A stretch of DNA of 64,000 nt from a candidate division WWE3 bacterium (GTDB lineage Bacteria; Patescibacteriota; WWE3; UBA101185; UBA10185): NCBI GenBank assembly GCA_052035175.1, contig JBPOHV010000001.1, forward strand, positions 853,251 to 917,250, given 5' to 3'. Shown here piece after piece: positions 58,412 to 64,000 of this stretch. The notes below the pieces were generated by a model. That model worked only from the letters and a program-made list of their open reading frames with translations. It made no database searches and was not told the DNA's origin. The position numbers and the translations under genes were made by a program. Positions within the stretch are counted from its first letter, which is position 1, and each line of letters starts with the position of its first letter.

Positions 58412-59227
58412 ATGCTGATATCTATAATTGTACCTGCTTATAAAAAAGAGAAAACAATTATTCAAGACATTACAAATATCAATAAAGTTATGATGACGAC
58501 TAGATGGGACTACGAGATTCTAGTCATTGTTGACGGATTTGCTGATAAAACATACGAAACCGCAAAAACACTCGAAGACGATATTATTAAAGTTTATGGA
58601 TACAAAGAAAACAAAGGCAAAGGCTACGCCATACGCTACGGAATGGCGCGAGCAGTCGGCGATATTATTTCATTTATAGATGCTGGTATGGAAATTGATG
58701 CCAGCGGAATTTCTATGCTGCTTGAGCATATGGAATGGTACAACGCCGACATAGTAGTAGGAAGTAAAAGACATCCTGCATCAAAAGTAATTTACTCAAA
58801 AATGCGTAGAATTTATAGCCTTGGATATCAAATACTTATATTCTTGCTATTTAGACTCAAAGTACGGGATACGCAAGCAGGTCTCAAAGTATACAAAAGA
58901 GAAGTTTTGGAAAAAGTCTTACCCAGGCTGGTTGTAAAACAATTTGCATTTGATATAGAGCTATTAGCAGTAGCACAAAGACTAGGGTTTACAAAAATCT
59001 ATGAAGCTCCAATTCATATTAATTTAGATTTTACTGACTCAAGCTTCAATAAACATAAACCACTTTTATTAGATAAATTTGTACGTAATATGTTGCTGGA
59101 TACGATGGCAGTATTTTATAGAATGAACTTTTTGAGATATTACGAAGACGCAAACAGCGCAAATTGGCCACGAGATAAAGAATTGGAGCCAATACTGCCT
59201 GCCAACAAATTCAATAAAAAGAATTAG
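58412..59227 (+). CDS. GT2 polyprenol-phosphate glycosyltransferase-like
   Basis: IVPAY, VDG, NKGKG, DTQAGLK, FAFDIELL. Confidence 0.9.
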   Translation: MLISIIVPAYKKEKTIIQDITNINKVMMTTRWDYEILVIVDGFADKTYETAKTLEDDIIKVYGYKENKGKGYAIRYGMARAVGDIISFIDAGMEIDASGISMLLEHMEWYNADIVVGSKRHPASKVIYSKMRRIYSLGYQILIFLLFRLKVRDTQAGLKVYKREVLEKVLPRLVVKQFAFDIELLAVAQRLGFTKIYEAPIHINLDFTDSSFNKHKPLLLDKFVRNMLLDTMAVFYRMNFLRYYEDANSANWPRDKELEPILPANKFNKKN

Positions 59228-59526
59228 ACAGTATTATCAATCGATGGAAACTCTCTGCGCACTTCTGCCCAAAATTTATCTGCTAGCCCTGTCGAAAACA
59301 TCCCGTGGTTTGTATTTTCAGAACGAGCACACAGTTTGTTTTCGTTTCTATATATAATGCGCAAAATCTGCTCCTTGGTTTGTTTTAGCTCATCTTTTAC
59401 AGATTTATCTTTGATATATGCAGACTCCAAAGAAACATACTTTTCAAATATGTCTTTGTTAGCAAGCAACATATCTTGAAATTGTTTTTTATATTTTGGT
59501 AAAGTCATTTTATTACTTTCTACCAC
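59224..59526 (-). CDS. hypothetical protein
   Basis: 100-aa ORF, ENKLCARSE...LADKFWAEVR. Confidence 0.6.
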   Translation of the reverse strand: MVESNKMTLPKYKKQFQDMLLANKDIFEKYVSLESAYIKDKSVKDELKQTKEQILRIIYRNENKLCARSENTNHGMFSTGLADKFWAEVRREFPSIDNTV

Positions 59527-61688
59527 TTAAGAGACACAGACGCATCTCCGCCATTCTCAAAATACTCCAAAACAACCTTATGAAAACCTTCCGATAAAGT
59601 ATAACCAGCAGTATTAGTCTTCACCGCATGTATCTTCCAATCATCAATTATTAAGTTATCATCGATAAATAAGCGCACGCCATCGTCAGAGGTAGCAACA
59701 AAGTTATATGTTCCAGCTGCAAAAAACACCGTCGCTGTATATCTTATCGAATATGTATCTTTACCAAGCAAAGTTCTATAAGGAGAACCTTTACCCCAGT
59801 TAAAGTCTATAGAAGAAACTGTATCAGACTTCTTTTTATTACTTAGTGTGACGCCATCAAAATAGTCGGCATTAAAAGTTGTGGCACCCGGAACTGGGGT
59901 TTGAGCTACACTAAATGATATATGTGCTCCAGAAGTATTCGTGTTTTTTTGAGGAGATGTATCCTGACAACGTACGTAATAGTTATAAAGTGTTCCATTT
60001 ACTAACTCTGCAACTGTACTTGTATGCACAGTAGCATTATCGGATACCAAAGTATTTGGCATACTATCAAAGCTCATATCGGCATTTTGACTATATTTGC
60101 AAACAGCCGCTTCATTTGTAGTGACACCAAGCACTGCGGTTTTCGTGTCTACTGACAAAGTACCAGTAGGTAATAAATTGGTTAAAACAGGGGGTACTGT
60201 ATCCAACGGTGCAGGAGGAGGAGGTGGAGGCAAAATGCCACCATCCACATCAAATTCAATTTCTGAACCTTTAACAGAAAAACCATCCCACATCCAACTT
60301 GGTGCACAACTCGGTCGAGGGCCAACAGTCCATTTAAAAGTGTTTACACCCTGCTTCAATGCAGATGCATTCAAAGGTATTCTAAACGTCGACCAACCCT
60401 CAATATTGCAAGTTTTATCTAAAGGCACAACCGAGATTGTCGGACCATCATTTACACTAAGCAAAACTTGTCCTACAAAACCACCCATAACTTGACCAAC
60501 AAAAACAGGGGAATTTCCAACGCTAGGCAGATTTAAAGTTTGTGTGGTTGATGTTCCAATACTTACGCTACCATTTGCAGAAAGTACTGCAACATCTGAT
60601 ATTTCATAAGTCTCCCATTTTTGAGAAACACCACCCGCAACTTTTAAATTATCCCAATGATATGTGTATAAATTATTGTTACCGTCTTTCTCTGGAGTAT
60701 AAGCATGAGTCTTAAACATCACTACACCTTTGTTAAAAGGTAATCCGCCAGGAATAGAAGTTGCATAAGAATCATAAGAACCATCTTCTTTTTGCACTTT
60801 CCAAACCAATTGATCATTTTGTATATCTATGATCATATTGCGTCTAATTTTACGGTCAGTTAAAGCTGGATCGTTTGGCACAATATTACGCCATGTACGC
60901 CAATCTTTAGATTGCACTATCCAGCCGTTTGGAGCAATAGAACCTTTTCCAACTTCTATACTCCTTTTTGATTCAGGGTCAAACGTCAAAACTATGCGAT
61001 CTTTTGAATAAGTTTCATCTACTGGCCAAAACTCTTGCGCAGCTCCAAACTTCATTTGATCTCTAGGTGTGATAACTATTTCCCACCAACTTCTAGGATG
61101 CCCATCATTTAGGTTTACATCAAAAGATATCTGCCCACCATTTGTAAAATCAAACTCCATTTTCGGCCAGAATGATGCTATTGAATAGCCAGAAACATCT
61201 CCCATTGAAGACATCATGTGATCCTTACAAATGAAAAATGACTTGTCTGGATTATTGCCATTTGATTTATGATCAGTCGTAGTAGTATGCTGCATATTTG
61301 GACCAGTACAGTCTGTACCATGGTCTGCAAGAAAAGTTCCATATGTATTATCTGGTAAAGTTCCATTTGTTTCTGATGGTACCGACCTATGCGTTGCAAC
61401 ATAATCAAGTGACTTGGGTAAAAGATTTTGCGATGGACTTGTAGGATCCCCATCAAAAGTTTCTTCAAAAATCCACTGACTCGTAGCATATTCCAGAACA
61501 TTCGTAGTTGGTGACTTTTCAAAAGCTAATAATTGAGAAAATGCGTTCTTCACGTTATTAACACGTACATTTGAACTAGAAGCCAGCTTATAACTTGAAC
61601 CAGCAACCAAAGTAAATAGCCCTACAGATAAAATTAACAATCCAGTATGAAAGAATCCTTGGAGATTATTTTTTTGCATATCATGCAT
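59520..61688 (-). CDS. large exported protein with C-terminal PA14 domain
   Basis: N-terminal TM, poly-Pro linker, Ig/Fn3-like DTVPP domain, PA14 motifs IDFNWG, SDDGVRL, LEYFENGG. Confidence 0.8.
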   Translation of the reverse strand: MHDMQKNNLQGFFHTGLLILSVGLFTLVAGSSYKLASSSNVRVNNVKNAFSQLLAFEKSPTTNVLEYATSQWIFEETFDGDPTSPSQNLLPKSLDYVATHRSVPSETNGTLPDNTYGTFLADHGTDCTGPNMQHTTTTDHKSNGNNPDKSFFICKDHMMSSMGDVSGYSIASFWPKMEFDFTNGGQISFDVNLNDGHPRSWWEIVITPRDQMKFGAAQEFWPVDETYSKDRIVLTFDPESKRSIEVGKGSIAPNGWIVQSKDWRTWRNIVPNDPALTDRKIRRNMIIDIQNDQLVWKVQKEDGSYDSYATSIPGGLPFNKGVVMFKTHAYTPEKDGNNNLYTYHWDNLKVAGGVSQKWETYEISDVAVLSANGSVSIGTSTTQTLNLPSVGNSPVFVGQVMGGFVGQVLLSVNDGPTISVVPLDKTCNIEGWSTFRIPLNASALKQGVNTFKWTVGPRPSCAPSWMWDGFSVKGSEIEFDVDGGILPPPPPPAPLDTVPPVLTNLLPTGTLSVDTKTAVLGVTTNEAAVCKYSQNADMSFDSMPNTLVSDNATVHTSTVAELVNGTLYNYYVRCQDTSPQKNTNTSGAHISFSVAQTPVPGATTFNADYFDGVTLSNKKKSDTVSSIDFNWGKGSPYRTLLGKDTYSIRYTATVFFAAGTYNFVATSDDGVRLFIDDNLIIDDWKIHAVKTNTAGYTLSEGFHKVVLEYFENGGDASVSLKW

Positions 61689-61728
61689 GATATGTTGCTT
61701 GGCTTAGACAAGTCAACACTTAATCGAT

Positions 61729-62649
61729 TTAGCTTTCTAAATCTTCTAACTTACTCTTGTAACCGTATATAACACCAAGTATTAAGCAAAAACCCAATAA
61801 GCTCATAAGTGTACCTACAAGTACTATTGTAAATGGAACTTTTCGCAGAATATTGTATATACCAGGTACTGCGGTTTCTTCATATGTAAATGACAAAGAC
61901 TCTCCAGAAAGCTGTACCGTCTCAACAATCGTAGTTATTCTTTTTCTTTTTATTGGCGTCGACTTTGTAGTTTTACTGTTTTCTGACATATAAACTACTG
62001 TCTCACCATCTTTTACTATAAGTATGACTGGTGTAACGGTACTCAAAAGACCACCTTTAAGCACTGGTAAGAATATATCTTCATAAGCAATATCAACATA
62101 AAAATAAGTTTCGCTAGCTTTATCAACCGGAATTATAGAAGAAATAAAATTGGCATCATAAACATTTGTAGAAGTAAAAAAAACTGGAGCGTCTGTACTC
62201 ATAGCCAAATTAACAAACGACTTAAAATCATCTGACTTACTAATTTCGGCGTATTGGTCAGCAAAGCTGCTAGAAGGGTTTTTATCTTTTAAAACTACAA
62301 TCGAAGGATTATCGGCACCTTTGGAAATAAGCGCAAGTCTTTCGACACTGCCAAAAGCATCTGATATATGATTCGACGCTTTGAAAATTTCTGGATCACG
62401 CGAATAAACTTCTTTTGCAAGCGCCGACAAGCCATAATAATTCAACTTATAAGCATTCAGCTGATTTGTTACTATTTGGGTAATCCCAGTAGTTTCTTCT
62501 CTAAGATTAGAAGATATCCAGACATTGATAGCTGTTTTGAAATAATACGAAATACCCAACGTTAAGGCCAAAGAAGCAAAAAACAATGTAAGAGGCATAG
62601 CATAGTCTTTTGGGCGAAAAGTTCCTTGCATATGTAAATGATAATGCAA
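61729..62649 (-). CDS. two-TM protein with extracytoplasmic sensor-like (CHASE-like) domain
   Basis: TM-large loop-TM topology with only a short C-terminal tail. Confidence 0.5.
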   Translation of the reverse strand: MHYHLHMQGTFRPKDYAMPLTLFFASLALTLGISYYFKTAINVWISSNLREETTGITQIVTNQLNAYKLNYYGLSALAKEVYSRDPEIFKASNHISDAFGSVERLALISKGADNPSIVVLKDKNPSSSFADQYAEISKSDDFKSFVNLAMSTDAPVFFTSTNVYDANFISSIIPVDKASETYFYVDIAYEDIFLPVLKGGLLSTVTPVILIVKDGETVVYMSENSKTTKSTPIKRKRITTIVETVQLSGESLSFTYEETAVPGIYNILRKVPFTIVLVGTLMSLLGFCLILGVIYGYKSKLEDLES

Positions 62650-62710
62650 TACTCAGCACTAATCAATTATTAACACACCGTTAACATTCTGTTACACTTA
62701 ATATAAGTAT

Positions 62711-63502
62711 ATGAAGCTAGCTGCTCTCTTATCATCTATAAATGGCTTTGTTCTTTTTCTATTCACTGTAGCTTTTGCTATAGCAATGAGCCCGCTAGCA
62801 AATCAATCACCAATACTCTCCCTCGAATATGTATATCCTGCATGTATGGTGTTAATTGCTTTTGTTGCAATGATAGCTGCTTTTTCAATTAAAACTGTAT
62901 ATCGTATGCCTGCGCTAATGATTTCTATTGGAGTCTTATGTAATAGTGTCGGCGAACTCTTTTGGTTATTTCTAACAAAAGGCCTAAATGTCGAGCTACC
63001 ATACCCTTCGATAGCTGATATATGGTTTGTTATGTTTTACCCCCTTACATTTATAGGGTTGATAAATCTCATAGTATATATAGGTTGCTTTGAAGATAAA
63101 TGCAAGACTGGTTTGTTATGGCTTAACCGCTTTGCAAACTTGTTATTACTATTTAGTATCGCAGCAACCATTCTTTTGTTTGGTAAATATGCGCAAGCAG
63201 ATTTTTCACACTTATTAGAAATATTTGATGTAATGTACCTAATATTTGATGCCATGGTTTTGATAGTAATAATTGCATTGATTGTATATTTATTCTCTGC
63301 TGGAGAAACAAAAGCAAAAGCCCTCACACCACTACTTTTGATCGGCATCGGCTATCTTATTACACTTGGTGCCGATTCACTTTTTGCTTATACATCAGAT
63401 CTCGGTTTGTACACAACAGGTGGGATAGTTGATTATTTGTTTTTATTGGCAGCATATATTTTTTCATCTGGCGTAGTCAAAATGCTAAGTATAGATAAAT
63501 GA
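62711..63502 (+). CDS. polytopic membrane sensor-like protein
   Basis: PYPSIADIWFVMFYPL and ADSLFAY...YTTGGIVD motifs resemble membrane input domains of GGDEF/kinase proteins. Confidence 0.55.
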   Translation: MKLAALLSSINGFVLFLFTVAFAIAMSPLANQSPILSLEYVYPACMVLIAFVAMIAAFSIKTVYRMPALMISIGVLCNSVGELFWLFLTKGLNVELPYPSIADIWFVMFYPLTFIGLINLIVYIGCFEDKCKTGLLWLNRFANLLLLFSIAATILLFGKYAQADFSHLLEIFDVMYLIFDAMVLIVIIALIVYLFSAGETKAKALTPLLLIGIGYLITLGADSLFAYTSDLGLYTTGGIVDYLFLLAAYIFSSGVVKMLSIDK

Positions 63503-64000
63503 AGCAACTGAAAAGCATACTTGGCATAAATACACTCTTTATAATTTTGTTGATATCTGTTGCACTCCCACTCAGACTCGTTAATCTTGGCTACTCTGAG
63601 TTTCAAGACGATGAAAAAAAAGCTTTAATCAGACTCGTTCCAAACCAAACAACAATAAACTTTTTGCTTGAGCAACGCAAAGGACCCATGCAATTTTTTG
63701 TTACCAGTATTCCACGAGCACTTTTACAATCTTATAAAAACGAAGCTGCAATAAGATTACCTTTTGCCCTGATAAATACAGGAAGTGTAATAGTTTTATA
63801 TCTTTTGTTGTATAAGATAACGCAAAACAAACTAGCGAGCGCGTTTGGAGCTCTTTTATATTTAACAAACGGATTCATAGTAGGATTCTCGAGAATAGCA
63901 CAATATCAAAGTCTAAATCTATTGTTCTCTTTTTGTGCTATGTATTTTTATTCTGACTTAATTTACAAAAAAACACATTTAATTAGAAGTACACTACTCG
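63499..64000 (+). CDS. ArnT/PMT (GT39/GT83)-like glycosyltransferase, runs off window
   Basis: ATG 63499: MKQLKSILG...LRLVNLGYSEFQDDE...RLPFAL...SRIAQYQS. Confidence 0.75.
   Translation, partial: MKQLKSILGINTLFIILLISVALPLRLVNLGYSEFQDDEKKALIRLVPNQTTINFLLEQRKGPMQFFVTSIPRALLQSYKNEAAIRLPFALINTGSVIVLYLLLYKITQNKLASAFGALLYLTNGFIVGFSRIAQYQSLNLLFSFCAMYFYSDLIYKKTHLIRSTLL

Noticed and set aside
2286-63348. Numerous short antisense or overlapping ORFs in the six-frame track (e.g. 2286-2735, 3732-4088, 35391-35888, 60097-60495, 63037-63348)
   Set aside because: They lie within well-supported genes on the opposite strand or frame and show no motifs or initiation signals.

Overview
AT-rich (roughly 35% GC by eye) bacterial chromosome segment. 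Gene content and style suggest a Patescibacteria/CPR (WWE3/Microgenomates-like) genome; this is inference. There are three zones. (1) 1-18.9 kb housekeeping: fba 3' end, MNT-HEPN fusion, 2-hydroxyacid dehydrogenase, DsbA, nth, stand-alone 5'-3' exonuclease, ftsH, trpS, tRNA-Met, tRNA-fMet, a catalytically divergent Xer-like recombinase, tRNA-Ile(UAU), hpf, ferredoxin and an ArsR-sufCBDSU operon. (2) 18.9-41.6 kb: a variable region after tRNA-Asn, full of small accessory and orphan genes. (3) 41.7-64 kb: a surface-glycan locus (GT2, GT4, GT-C-like, four SAM methyltransferases, flippase), a PA14 protein and orphan sensor-like membrane proteins. The strongest unexplained pattern is two kinds of gene architecture. 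Most genes look leaderless, with a -10 box 5-8 nt before the start codon. About eight orphan ORFs instead sit in self-contained units, several visibly GC-richer than the flanks. These units have a full sigma70 promoter often abutted by CTATAG, an AAGGAGAAAC-type RBS and a long 3' hairpin, and two of those hairpins share a conserved bulged motif. No CRISPR array, rRNA, transposase or integron integrase was seen.
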